The position numbers and the translations under genes were made by a program. A stretch of DNA of 64,000 nucleotides. It comes from Methanocaldococcus sp. 28A (GTDB taxonomy: Archaea; AGJL01; Methanococci; Methanococcales; Methanocaldococcaceae). The notes below the pieces were generated by a model. The model saw only the letters and a program-made list of their open reading frames with translations. It did no database searches and had not been told where the DNA came from. The stretch lies in assembly GCA_049852185.1 (NCBI GenBank), contig CP187540.1; one strand, given 5' to 3'. Shown one piece after another: positions 52,666 through 62,685 of this stretch (positions within the stretch are counted from its first letter, which is position 1; every line of letters begins with the position of its first letter).

Positions 52666-53100
52666 TTATTCAAACACCTTACTCATACAGCCAGCTAACA
52701 ATCCAGCTATGGCATCATCCAAAAACATAAAACCTTCTTTGTCCAATTTCCCAATTATTCCTGGTTTTTTAGCATCATAAAATCTAAAGTTAAATATTGC
52801 CTTTGTTCCAGCAATTTCATTTGCTATAGCTAAGCCAATAACTTCATCAACATATACATAATTAGGGTCTTCGTTATAGTTGAATGGTAAATTATTAGCT
52901 TTCCCTTCTTTATCCAATAAACTTGCTGCAATTAATAAAGTTGAGACATTTGGATTATTTAACTCTTTAAGCAAAATATCTTTAAGTTTTTCTTTAACCT
53001 TATCCATTTCTTCATCATCCCCAATATACAAAGCCATTCCTGCATCTAATAAGCTATCAATAGTTATTCCAAAAGATTTTAACCTCTCAACAATATCCAT
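52666..53100 (-). CDS. cobZ: Alpha-ribazole phosphatase CobZ (PgpA-like)
   Basis: NPNV, DEVIG, YDAKKPG and FLDDAIAG motifs. Confidence 0.75.
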   Translation of the reverse strand: MDIVERLKSFGITIDSLLDAGMALYIGDDEEMDKVKEKLKDILLKELNNPNVSTLLIAASLLDKEGKANNLPFNYNEDPNYVYVDEVIGLAIANEIAGTKAIFNFRFYDAKKPGIIGKLDKEGFMFLDDAIAGLLAGCMSKVFE

Positions 53101-53158
53101 ATTCTCACCAAATTTTTAAAATAAGTTTAACAAACTTAAAAAAAATGGTATTTGAATA

Positions 53159-54019
53159 TTACATATCTTTTAATAAAAATTTTAAAATATTATAGGCTTC
53201 CTCTACGGTTATAGGTAAATTATTGATATTTAGTTTTTTACCTATATCTTTGTCATTTACTAAAAGTTTAAAAAGCTTTGTAATTTCTGGGACATCTAAG
53301 TTATTTTTTTCTAAGAGTTCTATATTATTAAAAATCTCTCTAGGGGAACCCTCTGCAATTAATCTTTTATTAAGAATATAACATCTATCAGCTAATGTTA
53401 TTAAATTAGGGTCATGACTTACAAAAATTATTGTCTTATTTTTACTTTTTAAATTTTTAATTAGGTTTATGATATAATTTCTACTTTTAGGGTCTAAGTA
53501 TGAGGTAGGTTCATCCATTAGTATTACATCCGGCTCAATGGACATTACTGCGGCTATGGATGACTTCTTTTTTTCTCCTCCACTTATATTATATGGATGT
53601 TTATCTTTGATGTGGTTTAATTTCATTTCATTAATTACCTTATCTGTAACTTCAATAGCTTTTTCTTTATCTCTATATAGGTGTAATGGGGCAAAAGCAA
53701 TATCGTCCCAAACTGTAGGATTAAATAGCATAATATCTGGGTCTTGAAATATAAGCCCTACTTTTTTTCTAAAATAACTCATAAACTCTTTATTGTTTAA
53801 TAATGATTCACTTAATTTCTTCCCTTCAAAATACACTTCTCCTTTTTGTGGAAATTCTAATGCGTCAAGTATTTTTAACAATGTAGTTTTTCCTGCACCA
53901 TTAGGCCCTATAATAGCTACAACTTCTCCATCATATATTTTAAGATTTACGTCTTCTAATGCGACAGTACCATCTGGATAATAGTAAGATACATTTCTTA
54001 ATTCGTATAGTGTCTTCAT
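53159..54019 (-). CDS. Ni/Co ECF transporter ATPase (CbiO/NikO)
   Basis: GPNGAGKTT, FQDPD, SGGEKK and DEPT motifs. Confidence 0.92.
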   Translation of the reverse strand: MKTLYELRNVSYYYPDGTVALEDVNLKIYDGEVVAIIGPNGAGKTTLLKILDALEFPQKGEVYFEGKKLSESLLNNKEFMSYFRKKVGLIFQDPDIMLFNPTVWDDIAFAPLHLYRDKEKAIEVTDKVINEMKLNHIKDKHPYNISGGEKKKSSIAAVMSIEPDVILMDEPTSYLDPKSRNYIINLIKNLKSKNKTIIFVSHDPNLITLADRCYILNKRLIAEGSPREIFNNIELLEKNNLDVPEITKLFKLLVNDKDIGKKLNINNLPITVEEAYNILKFLLKDM

Positions 54020-54843
54020 AATATCAACCTATCCAAGCATATTGATGATACAGATAACAATATAATTATAATTAAAAAAACAAAATCATATTTAGTAAAT
54101 TTAAATTTTGTAATAATATGGACTTCATTTAAATAACCTCTTGATAGCATAGCATAGTATAAATCTTCACCCATTCTTTGAGTTTTCATAAAAAGAGCTC
54201 CCATACTTTTACCTGCAATTATCCAGCTTTCTTTTAATTTTAGTCTATTACATAACCTTGATTTTTTTGAATACATCATTTCTAAAACATTATTTAGTAA
54301 AAGGAATATATACCGATATGCAAGAGTCATTATCGTTATTATAACCTCAGGAACACCCAATATATTTAATGATTTCATTATTTCGTCCCATCTTGTGGTT
54401 AAAGTAATTAAAACTGTATAGGATATAGCAGTAGCCACTCTTAATGTAAATAAAGTTGCATATTTTAGACCTTCATAAGTTATAGCGATATAAAAAGGAT
54501 GCTGTAAAATAACAATTATAGGATGCCCTGGAGTAATAAAAATTACAGGTAATATTATTATTCCTGTAAATATTGGAATAAATACCCAAACTCTTTTTAG
54601 ATAGTACAATACAGGAATCTTTGATAACTTGCAAAAAACAAGAGAAAGGGTATATAATATAATCAATACCAATATATGCTTAATTGTAATCGTAGTTATA
54701 ACCATTAAAAATAATCCTAATACTTTTACTCTTGCGTCTAATCTCTGTAGAAATCCATCTTTCTGCTTAGCGAATTTTTCAGAAAAAATTGATTCTTGTA
54801 TATATTTTACTACATGCTCAACTGTTTTATCAATTAACTTCAC
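54016..54843 (-). CDS. Ni/Co ECF transporter T component (CbiQ/NikQ)
   Basis: LDARVK, YRYIF and AMLSRG motifs. Start moved to the GTG at 54843, behind GGTGA. Confidence 0.9.
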   Translation of the reverse strand: MKLIDKTVEHVVKYIQESIFSEKFAKQKDGFLQRLDARVKVLGLFLMVITTITIKHILVLIILYTLSLVFCKLSKIPVLYYLKRVWVFIPIFTGIIILPVIFITPGHPIIVILQHPFYIAITYEGLKYATLFTLRVATAISYTVLITLTTRWDEIMKSLNILGVPEVIITIMTLAYRYIFLLLNNVLEMMYSKKSRLCNRLKLKESWIIAGKSMGALFMKTQRMGEDLYYAMLSRGYLNEVHIITKFKFTKYDFVFLIIIILLSVSSICLDRLIL

Positions 54844-54907
54844 AAAACTCACCAGTAAATCTCTTACTATATAGACATAAAAAATAGAAAAAATAATTTG
54901 AGGTACT

Positions 54908-55249
54908 TTACGAAGGATTGTTACCATAAACAAATTTAACTAAGCCATAGTAAGCTATAATACATAATATTACTCCTACTATTGCAGATATTATATAGCC
55001 AATAGAAGCTTTTAAGGGCGTATCCCATCCGGGTATATCATAATCTGGTAATATTGCATAACTCCAAATTCCAGACAGTTCTTCCATCCCTTGTATATTA
55101 GCATGAACTTTTTTAGCTAACTCACTAACATCCCATTCTCCCCAAGCATCACCATAATTCCATACTAACAATATACCAATAGGACAACAAATTATCAATG
55201 CTATTATTATATAAACAAATTTTTTAACTAAGGGGTCATCAAAGTTCAA
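54908..55249 (-). CDS. NikN/PDGLE-type accessory membrane protein
   Basis: Two TM helices flanking AWGEW...LPDYDIPG. Confidence 0.82.
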   Translation of the reverse strand: MNFDDPLVKKFVYIIIALIICCPIGILLVWNYGDAWGEWDVSELAKKVHANIQGMEELSGIWSYAILPDYDIPGWDTPLKASIGYIISAIVGVILCIIAYYGLVKFVYGNNPS

Positions 55250-55915
55250 TTAATTCACCCCCAAATGCTCTTTTTTCGTTAATTCGAATAAATCTGGTCT
55301 TGATTTTTTAACATACCATACTACTATTGCAGTTACAACTGCAGCAGCAGGACCTGCAGTTACTAAATGAGCTAAGGCCATTGCAGGAACAGATACTGTA
55401 AATGGATATGGACAATATCCTGGTTCTATGAAAGGTTGTAATCCAAACTCAAACCCTGCAACAATTGCAGCTGTAACTATTCCTACATAAGCTCCAATAC
55501 CACTAGCGATAACATCACCAACTTTATCTTTTAGGAACTTATAGGTATAGTATCCAACAAATGGTAAAACTACACCCATATTAAAACAATTAGCTCCTAA
55601 CGTTGTAATTCCCCCATCACCAAAGAAAATTGCCTGAATAAATAACACAATTGATATAGCTATTGTTGCTACCCAAGGATTGTCCATTAATATAGCTATT
55701 AATGTACCACCAACCATGTGGGCAGTAGTTCCATCTGGAACTGGGAGGTTATACATCATTATTAAAAAGGAAAATGCTGTTAAAATTCCTAATAGGGGGA
55801 TTTGTTTTGGGTGTAACTTCTTTAATTCTTTAACTCCTCTATACCAAAAATACAACATTACTAAGTAAAAAAACGCACAAGTTATTGGACCCAAATATCC
55901 ATCTGGTATGTGCAT
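55250..55915 (-). CDS. Ni/Co ECF transporter S component (NikM/CbiM)
   Basis: N-terminal MHIPDGYL, GTTAH and GDGGITTLGAN motifs. Confidence 0.93.
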   Translation of the reverse strand: MHIPDGYLGPITCAFFYLVMLYFWYRGVKELKKLHPKQIPLLGILTAFSFLIMMYNLPVPDGTTAHMVGGTLIAILMDNPWVATIAISIVLFIQAIFFGDGGITTLGANCFNMGVVLPFVGYYTYKFLKDKVGDVIASGIGAYVGIVTAAIVAGFEFGLQPFIEPGYCPYPFTVSVPAMALAHLVTAGPAAAVVTAIVVWYVKKSRPDLFELTKKEHLGVN

Positions 55916-55931
55916 AGTTTCACCTTATTTG

Positions 55932-55959
55932 ATATTATTTAATTGAATTAACATCATAC
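55932..55959 (-). promoter_or_regulatory. Putative NikR operator
   Basis: Minus strand GTATGA-N16-TAATAT, between the TATA box (TTTAAATA, about 55976-55983) and the RBS. Confidence 0.55.
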
Positions 55960-56233
55960 TTAATGTAAGTAATACTATTTAAACTTTTCTCTATTTTCTC
56001 TATTAAAATTTATTAAAAATGTCTTGAATTAATATAAAAAAATGTTACATAAAATTAAAATAAAAAAAAATTGAGTTACTAAATATTATTCAACTTATTA
56101 TTTAATATTTGAAAAATAGCGATTTTTACGGAATGTTCTATTTTAAAAGGTTTTATATTAGTTTGCTAATTAATACCCAATATTTAATTTTCAAAAGAGT
56201 GAAACTACCTTAGCAGTAAATAATGGGGATACT

Positions 56234-56386
56234 ATGAACTGGATTGAGAAATATATGGAAATATTACAATGTCCCTATTGCAGAGGGGATTTATATTTAG
56301 ACAAGGGTAAAAATAAGTTGATATGTAAAAAATGCAATAGAGTTTATGATATAGTTGATGGAATACCAATATTAATAAAATATTGA
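56234..56386 (+). CDS. Trm112-family methyltransferase activator (50 aa)
   Basis: MNWIEKYMEILQCPYCRGDL...LICKKCNRVYDIVDGIPILIKY. Below the ORF-track cutoff. Confidence 0.88.
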   Translation: MNWIEKYMEILQCPYCRGDLYLDKGKNKLICKKCNRVYDIVDGIPILIKY

Positions 56387-56394
56387 GGGATAAT

Positions 56395-56916
56395 ATGAGG
56401 CTATTTTTAGCTATAGATATTCCAGAAAATTTAAAAGAAGAAATAGCTAAATTCCAGGAGCATTTTAAAATGAAAGGAATAAAGTTGGTTGAAAAAGAAA
56501 ATTTGCATATAACTGTTAAATTTTTAGGAGAAGTTGATGAAGAAAAATTAAAAGAAATATTGAATTTGGATTTATCAATTGAGCCAATAAAAATAAAATT
56601 AAAACACATTGGAACTTTCCCAAACTCTAACTATATAAGAGTTATATGGATTAAAGCAGAGAATGAAAACCTTATAGAGATTTTTAAAGACATTGATAAA
56701 AAAATATCAAACTTAGGATTTAAAAAAGAGAGAGAATATGTTCCACATTTAACAATAGGAAGAGTTAAATTCATTGACAATAAGAAAAAATTAAAGGATA
56801 GAATTGAGAAATATAAAGATATTGATTTTGGAGAGTTTGAAGCAAAACACATAAAGCTTTATAAGTCAACTTTAACTCCAAACGGCCCTATATATGAAGT
56901 TGTTAAAGAGTGGTAG
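56395..56916 (+). CDS. thpR: RNA 2',3'-cyclic phosphodiesterase (2'-5' RNA ligase)
   Basis: MRLFLAI, two HxT motifs (LHIT, PHLT) and GPIY. Confidence 0.93.
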   Translation: MRLFLAIDIPENLKEEIAKFQEHFKMKGIKLVEKENLHITVKFLGEVDEEKLKEILNLDLSIEPIKIKLKHIGTFPNSNYIRVIWIKAENENLIEIFKDIDKKISNLGFKKEREYVPHLTIGRVKFIDNKKKLKDRIEKYKDIDFGEFEAKHIKLYKSTLTPNGPIYEVVKEW

Positions 56917-56918
56917 CA

Positions 56919-57437
56919 ATGAATGAAAACATGCAAAAGCTACACTATATCATTAACCTATTAACAAATGGAAATAAAAAGAAGTGGATAAAACAAACAG
57001 TTTTATATGCTCTTATATATTATTTTATAAAATTAGATGTTTTTAAAGAATATGATTATGCTCCAACACCGTTTATGTGGGAAGATAAGATAAAATTCAT
57101 AAATATCTCTTACGATGCAATAAACGATTTAAACTACCTTTTAGATAACAACTATTTAAATGAGATTTTATTATCAGTTAGAGGTTTGAATGAATTTATT
57201 ATTGGATATAGCATTGGGAAAGAGATAGATTACAATTTTAGCCAGAAAGATAAAGAAATAATAGATAATACATTATTAGAAGATGGACATTTAAAAGAAA
57301 TTCAAATAACTGAAGATGGAATAATAATAAAATCAAAAAAAGAGGACATAAAGATAAAAATTACAAACATTGATAAAATCAGCTACAAATCAAAAAGCTA
57401 TATAATGAAGGTATCATTATGGGATACAGGGCTGTGA
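56919..57437 (+). CDS. Hypothetical protein
   Basis: ORF tightly coupled to both neighbours, containing YDYAP. Confidence 0.75.
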   Translation: MNENMQKLHYIINLLTNGNKKKWIKQTVLYALIYYFIKLDVFKEYDYAPTPFMWEDKIKFINISYDAINDLNYLLDNNYLNEILLSVRGLNEFIIGYSIGKEIDYNFSQKDKEIIDNTLLEDGHLKEIQITEDGIIIKSKKEDIKIKITNIDKISYKSKSYIMKVSLWDTGL

Positions 57438-58762
57438 AAATAAAAAATCCAAAGGTAATTTTGACTGAGTGGATACCTTTTGGTAAAAACTACATGACAG
57501 AATTCATAGATAGAATTACTTTGAAGGAGTATCAAAGAAAGAGAATTAAATATTTCACAGCATCAGAGGATAGAGATATAAAGGATAAAGCAATTTTTGA
57601 AACTTCTGAATATCAAACAACAGTAGATATTATTGATTTTATTCCAGAAACTTCTGTAAAATTCAATGCTGAAATAAAAGGAGAAAGAAAGAAGGATGTT
57701 TTTATATATGTTGATTATCTTGGAAGATGTATTTATGCATCTGAAATAACTAAAGCTGAAAATGAAGAGGGTTTTATAAGTTTAGACAATCTCTCATTTA
57801 TAATTCCTGATTTAATTTTAGATTCTTCAAGAATTATGTCTCATTTAATTGCTCCACCACAAAGATATATCTTAGAGACATTATATGGGAAAATAAAAGT
57901 TTATAAGCATGTTACCATTTTAACAGAAACTAAAATAGACCTAAATGAAAAAACTTTGATAGAGATTAGTCAAGTTATTGGAGCAGTTAAATATATACTT
58001 GAGGTAAATGATGGATTAATAATCTTTGGAGACTTTGGAATCTTAATCTCTAATCCAAAGTCAGAGAAATTTGAAAAGTTTATCTACTACTATCCATTTA
58101 TAAGGAGTATTACTGGAGTTTCAAGAGATTTATTTTTTAAGCTCAACACTATAGCTTCAAAGTTGGAAGTTATTAGTAATACTCTAGAATCAGGTATTGA
58201 TTTAGAAGATATAACTGATATTAGGGGAGAGTTAAGTAGTATAGATAGAGAACTGTCAGTTATAGAAATTACTTGCGGATATTTAAAAGAAATTATTGAA
58301 TTTTTAAACTCATCATATCCTCCAAACTTTGGTGATTTTGATATAATGATTTTGGAGAAAGTTGATGCAGAAAGAAAGCTAAAACGTCTTATTTATAGAA
58401 TTGCAGAGATAGAAAACATTTTAACAAGTAATAGTAGTTTAGCAACAAGCTTAACGAGGTTGCTAACAACTATATCTGAAGATTTAGAAAGAAAAATAGC
58501 CAATCAATTAGCTGAAAATACTAAATATCAAGTTGCTATTGGAGAGGCAATGGAAGTTTTAGAGATAGGAATTTTTGGAGTATATGCTTTAGAAGCAGCC
58601 CATGTTTTGCTATTAACTTCTGGAAAGGAGGAGATACTGCATCACACTAAAATATTTGGATTTCCATTAGATTTTTGGATAATACTGTCTGTTACAATAT
58701 TTGGAATTTACCTTGGAAAGATTATTATTGAGCATAGGAAAAAGAAAATATTAAGAAAATAA
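57434..58762 (+). CDS. Hypothetical membrane protein with coiled coil and two C-terminal TM segments
   Basis: GTG overlaps the upstream TGA. A long helical region is followed by two hydrophobic segments and a basic tail. Confidence 0.75.
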   Translation: MKIKNPKVILTEWIPFGKNYMTEFIDRITLKEYQRKRIKYFTASEDRDIKDKAIFETSEYQTTVDIIDFIPETSVKFNAEIKGERKKDVFIYVDYLGRCIYASEITKAENEEGFISLDNLSFIIPDLILDSSRIMSHLIAPPQRYILETLYGKIKVYKHVTILTETKIDLNEKTLIEISQVIGAVKYILEVNDGLIIFGDFGILISNPKSEKFEKFIYYYPFIRSITGVSRDLFFKLNTIASKLEVISNTLESGIDLEDITDIRGELSSIDRELSVIEITCGYLKEIIEFLNSSYPPNFGDFDIMILEKVDAERKLKRLIYRIAEIENILTSNSSLATSLTRLLTTISEDLERKIANQLAENTKYQVAIGEAMEVLEIGIFGVYALEAAHVLLLTSGKEEILHHTKIFGFPLDFWIILSVTIFGIYLGKIIIEHRKKKILRK

Positions 58763-60298
58763 ATCATCATCTCCAAACGCACTATCGTCTATTTTATCAG
58801 ATTTTTTTAAATTTTCAGAATTTATATAATCTTTTTCCCAAAGTTCAACAATTTTTAAATCTTCTCCTCCATATCTTCCATCAAATTTATCCACTTTAAC
58901 GATTGCAGGCACTTTTATACAAGGTCCTAATATTATAGCCTCCCCAATGTTTAAGCTTGTTAATTGCTTTATTAAATCTTCACTCAAATTTTCAGAAGCC
59001 ATTTGGACATGTTTTTGGTCTGTTGGTTCAATAAGCTTAGATATTATTAAGTTAGAACACTGTGATAAAGTTTCAGCATCTAAGGTTTTAGGTCTTTGTG
59101 AAACTAAACATAAGCCCACTCCAAACTTTCTACCCTCTCTTGCTATTCTGCTTAGATAATACTTAGCCCTTGTTTTTCTATTTTGTGGAGCTATTAAATG
59201 AGCTTCTTCAAAAATCATGAATATTGGTTTTGCAAAATCTCTTCCTTTCTCTATAATAATCCGCTTTCTATCATCTAAAACAGCTTTTGCTATGTATGAA
59301 ACAACAATATCTACAGCGTTCTCATCCAATTCTTCCATTGGAATTATGTTGATATAATGCTCTCTAATGTCATTTATTGGATTATAGTGGAGAGTTATAA
59401 TATTTTTCCTAAACTGCAACATATCTTCCAATCTAAATATGGCTGTTTGTATGCTGCTTTCATCTTTTTTATAGTTGTCATCTACCTTATATTCTTCTAA
59501 CTTTCTAATAATTGCATTTACATATTCTTCAACTGTGCTGAAATCACTTTCCTTAAATTTCTCTTTAATTTCTTTAATCGCCTTTCTTATGTATGGCCTT
59601 TGCTTTGTTGCTTGAACATCTACGCCAGCCAAATCACATAAATCATCATCATTTATTCTATAGATGTTTATCTTTGGCTCAATAACATGAACTCTAAGTT
59701 TTTCACTTTCACAATATATGTCTCTATACTCTCCATGCATATCAAAAACTAAAACCGTTGCTTTAAGCTTATTTAGCTCTCTCAACAAAACAGCTACAGT
59801 ATTTGATTTACCCATCCCAGTCATCGCCAATATTGCCAAATGCCTTGAACATAATTTATTTGCGTCTAACTTAATTTCAACGTCCTCTCTTGTAACCAAA
59901 TGCCCTATTTTTAAATGCCCATTACCAAAAACCTTTTTTAATATATTATCATCTGCTCTATAAATTGGTATTCCTGGCTTTGGTGGAACTCTTGGCAACT
60001 TTAAAGCTCCATTTTTATTATTTAATCCCTTAATATCCCCTAAAACTTTTATCTTTCCTAAAATATAATAAGAGGAATTATCTTCGAATTTTCTAATCTT
60101 CTCTAAATGTTCTATACTTAAAATATCTTCTAAAGCCAAGTTTCCTTGAATTGTGCTTTCAACCATTCCTAATAGCTCAGAGTTGTCATAATTTATTTTA
60201 ACATAATCTCCTACTTTAGGAGCTTCTTTAGCCAAAAATGTTAGTTCATCAATCCTTGTTTCTCCTATTGTGTATCCAATAATCTCATTATTGTTCAT
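58751..60298 (-). CDS. HerA helicase-like ATPase
   Basis: RHLAILAMTGMGKSNT, DMHGEY, EEAH and [12 protein letters not shown] motifs. Confidence 0.92.
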   Translation of the reverse strand: MNNNEIIGYTIGETRIDELTFLAKEAPKVGDYVKINYDNSELLGMVESTIQGNLALEDILSIEHLEKIRKFEDNSSYYILGKIKVLGDIKGLNNKNGALKLPRVPPKPGIPIYRADDNILKKVFGNGHLKIGHLVTREDVEIKLDANKLCSRHLAILAMTGMGKSNTVAVLLRELNKLKATVLVFDMHGEYRDIYCESEKLRVHVIEPKINIYRINDDDLCDLAGVDVQATKQRPYIRKAIKEIKEKFKESDFSTVEEYVNAIIRKLEEYKVDDNYKKDESSIQTAIFRLEDMLQFRKNIITLHYNPINDIREHYINIIPMEELDENAVDIVVSYIAKAVLDDRKRIIIEKGRDFAKPIFMIFEEAHLIAPQNRKTRAKYYLSRIAREGRKFGVGLCLVSQRPKTLDAETLSQCSNLIISKLIEPTDQKHVQMASENLSEDLIKQLTSLNIGEAIILGPCIKVPAIVKVDKFDGRYGGEDLKIVELWEKDYINSENLKKSDKIDDSAFGDDDLFS

Positions 60299-60811
60299 CT
60301 AATCACCGGCTGAATTATCTATTATTTTTATTTTTAAATTGCTATTTTCATCTTTAACTTCTTCGTTCTCTTCTTTTTCTTCTTCATTTTCTAATTCATC
60401 TTCGTTAATTATAACTCCTCCTTTAGTTCTTGGGGCGATGTCTTTAATTATTTTCATAATGTCTTCATTTTCATCAGCGATTATCTTAACAAATATCCCG
60501 CCATGGGTGTCTATGTCAAAATTCACTGCACTTACATAGGCAGCCTGTTTATTTAAATAAAATTTTGTTGAGTTGTTTGATAATCCTTTCTCTAAAACTA
60601 TTCTTGCGGCATCTAATATTGCCTGACTTCTTAAAAGCTCCTTTAGCTTTTCTACATTCTTAGTTTTTCCTTCCCATTTTCCAAACTCGTTATCTTCTTT
60701 AATAAAGTTTAGTTTTGCCCTTGGAAATATATTTAAGATAGCTTTTTTAACTTTGTATTTGTCTTCAGTAGGTTTTACTTTTGCTTTAATTATGACTTCC
60801 AATAACATCAC
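60299..60811 (-). CDS. UPF0201 putative RNA-binding protein
   Basis: PTED..KV..AI.NIFP, QAILDAAR and LNKQAA motifs. Confidence 0.85.
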   Translation of the reverse strand: MMLLEVIIKAKVKPTEDKYKVKKAILNIFPRAKLNFIKEDNEFGKWEGKTKNVEKLKELLRSQAILDAARIVLEKGLSNNSTKFYLNKQAAYVSAVNFDIDTHGGIFVKIIADENEDIMKIIKDIAPRTKGGVIINEDELENEEEKEENEEVKDENSNLKIKIIDNSAGD

Positions 60812-60964
60812 CTTATGTTTTTGTTTATAATAAATAATAAAGCTATTAAGGATACAAATAACTTTTTCATCTTTTTAATTATTTTCAATTATAGATTTTA
60901 ATATTTAATTTAGATGATTTTAGTAAGGCTTATATATTTTCATTAATTACATTTTATTCAATTG

Positions 60965-60982
60965 GTTCAAAAATTTTTGAAC
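60965..60982. promoter_or_regulatory. Perfect 18-bp palindrome, probable autoregulatory operator
   Basis: GTTCAAAAATTTTTGAAC upstream of the GbsR/MarR-type regulator. Confidence 0.6.
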
Positions 60983-61055
60983 ATTCTAAACTTATAGTAT
61001 TATAGTATTATAGAGTATAAATCCAAGGTTTTGAAAAGATTATGTAGTGATAAGT

Positions 61056-61499
61056 ATGGAAGAAGTAAAAAAATTAATTATTGAGTTATTTTCAGAAATT
61101 GCAAAGATTCATGGATTGAATAAATCAATGGGAGCTGTTTATGCCATCCTCTACTTGTCAGATAAACCATTAACAATCTCAGACATTATGGAAGAATTAA
61201 AGATTAGCAAGGGAAATGTTAGTATGTCTTTAAAAAAGCTTGAAGAGCTTGGATTTGTAAAAAAGGTTTGGATTAAAGGAGAGAGAAGAAATTATTACAC
61301 TGCTATTGATGGTTTTTCATCAATTAAAGATATTGCAAAGAAAAAACACGATTTAATTACAAAAACTTATGAAGATTTAAAAAAATTAGAAGAAATATGC
61401 AATGAAGAAGAGAAAGAGTTTATAAAACAAAAAATTAGAGGAATTGAAAGAATGAAAAAAGTTTCTGAGAAGATTTTAGAGACATTAAATGAGTTATAA
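61056..61499 (+). CDS. GbsR/MarR family transcription regulator
   Basis: [27 protein letters not shown] and GERRNYY motifs. Confidence 0.9.
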   Translation: MEEVKKLIIELFSEIAKIHGLNKSMGAVYAILYLSDKPLTISDIMEELKISKGNVSMSLKKLEELGFVKKVWIKGERRNYYTAIDGFSSIKDIAKKKHDLITKTYEDLKKLEEICNEEEKEFIKQKIRGIERMKKVSEKILETLNEL

Positions 61500-61521
61500 T
61501 TTATTTATAATGGTGGTATTG

Positions 61522-62685
61522 ATGCTTAGAGAAATTTTAAAAAAAATTGCTCATTTTTCTGAACAAAAGCCATTCTTAATGGTTCTAATCATCTTAGTTA
61601 TAACAGTATTTGCTGGAATATCGGCAACTAATGTAAAAACTCAAACATCCTTTGAGAAAATGCTTCCTCAAGATAATCCAATAATAAAAACATTATATGA
61701 AGTTAGGGATGAATTTGGAGGAACAGATGTCATAATTATTTGTATAAAGCTAAAACCCTCAGATAGTTATGATAAAGTTGTTGATATAAGAGACCCAAGA
61801 GTTCTAAGGGCAATTAAAGAATTGGAAGAGAATTTGAGATATGTTGATGGAATAACTAATGTGTATTCTCCTGTAGATATAATAATCCAAAAAAATAATG
61901 GTGTTGTGCCAAATGACATTGATACAGTTAAAAATATCCTATCTAAGCTTCCAGAAAATGAAAGAAGGAAGATATTCAATTCTGATTATTCAATGACTGT
62001 TGTTTATGCATATACAGATGTTGGAGATAACCAGAAAAAGCTCATGAGGCTTATGGAAGACGTAAATGAAAGAATTAAAGAAACTCCATTTCCTCCAGGA
62101 GTTGAAGCTATAGCAACAGGAACTCCTCCAATGAGACAATTGTTAGATATATTGATGAAAGAAAGCCAGAAATTTACAACAATAGTAGGTCTAATTGGAG
62201 TTTTGATAATATTAATTATCTACTTCAGAAAGCCTCTATCTTCAATAATGCCTCTCTTACCTGTGCTTATAGCGGTTATATGGACTGGAGGGGCTATGGG
62301 GCTTTTAAATATTCCGTTGGATATGGCAACGGCTGGAATTGGTTCTCTGATATTAGGGTTGGGTATTGATTATGGTATCCATTTAATGCATAGGTATAAT
62401 GAAGAAAGAAAGAAAGGAATTCCAATTGATAAAGCAATAGAAATATCTGTAGTTGAAACAGGAACTGCAGTTACAGCTACAACAGCAACAACAGTAGTAG
62501 GTTTCTTAGCTTTGGTTTTAGCTCCATTACCATTGATGGCAAACTTAGGGAAGGTTTGTGCTTTAGGGATAACATTTTCTATGATTATCGTCCTTACCTT
62601 ATTACCCGCTTTAATTGTTATTGAAGAAAAATACGTAATCCCATATATTAAGAGATTAAGAGGTGGTTCTAATGTTAACCAATAA
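61522..62685 (+). CDS. RND/MMPL (HAE3) family transporter, single repeat
   Basis: ATGTP, GLGIDYGIHL, TTVVGF and LTLLPA motifs. Confidence 0.9.
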   Translation: MLREILKKIAHFSEQKPFLMVLIILVITVFAGISATNVKTQTSFEKMLPQDNPIIKTLYEVRDEFGGTDVIIICIKLKPSDSYDKVVDIRDPRVLRAIKELEENLRYVDGITNVYSPVDIIIQKNNGVVPNDIDTVKNILSKLPENERRKIFNSDYSMTVVYAYTDVGDNQKKLMRLMEDVNERIKETPFPPGVEAIATGTPPMRQLLDILMKESQKFTTIVGLIGVLIILIIYFRKPLSSIMPLLPVLIAVIWTGGAMGLLNIPLDMATAGIGSLILGLGIDYGIHLMHRYNEERKKGIPIDKAIEISVVETGTAVTATTATTVVGFLALVLAPLPLMANLGKVCALGITFSMIIVLTLLPALIVIEEKYVIPYIKRLRGGSNVNQ

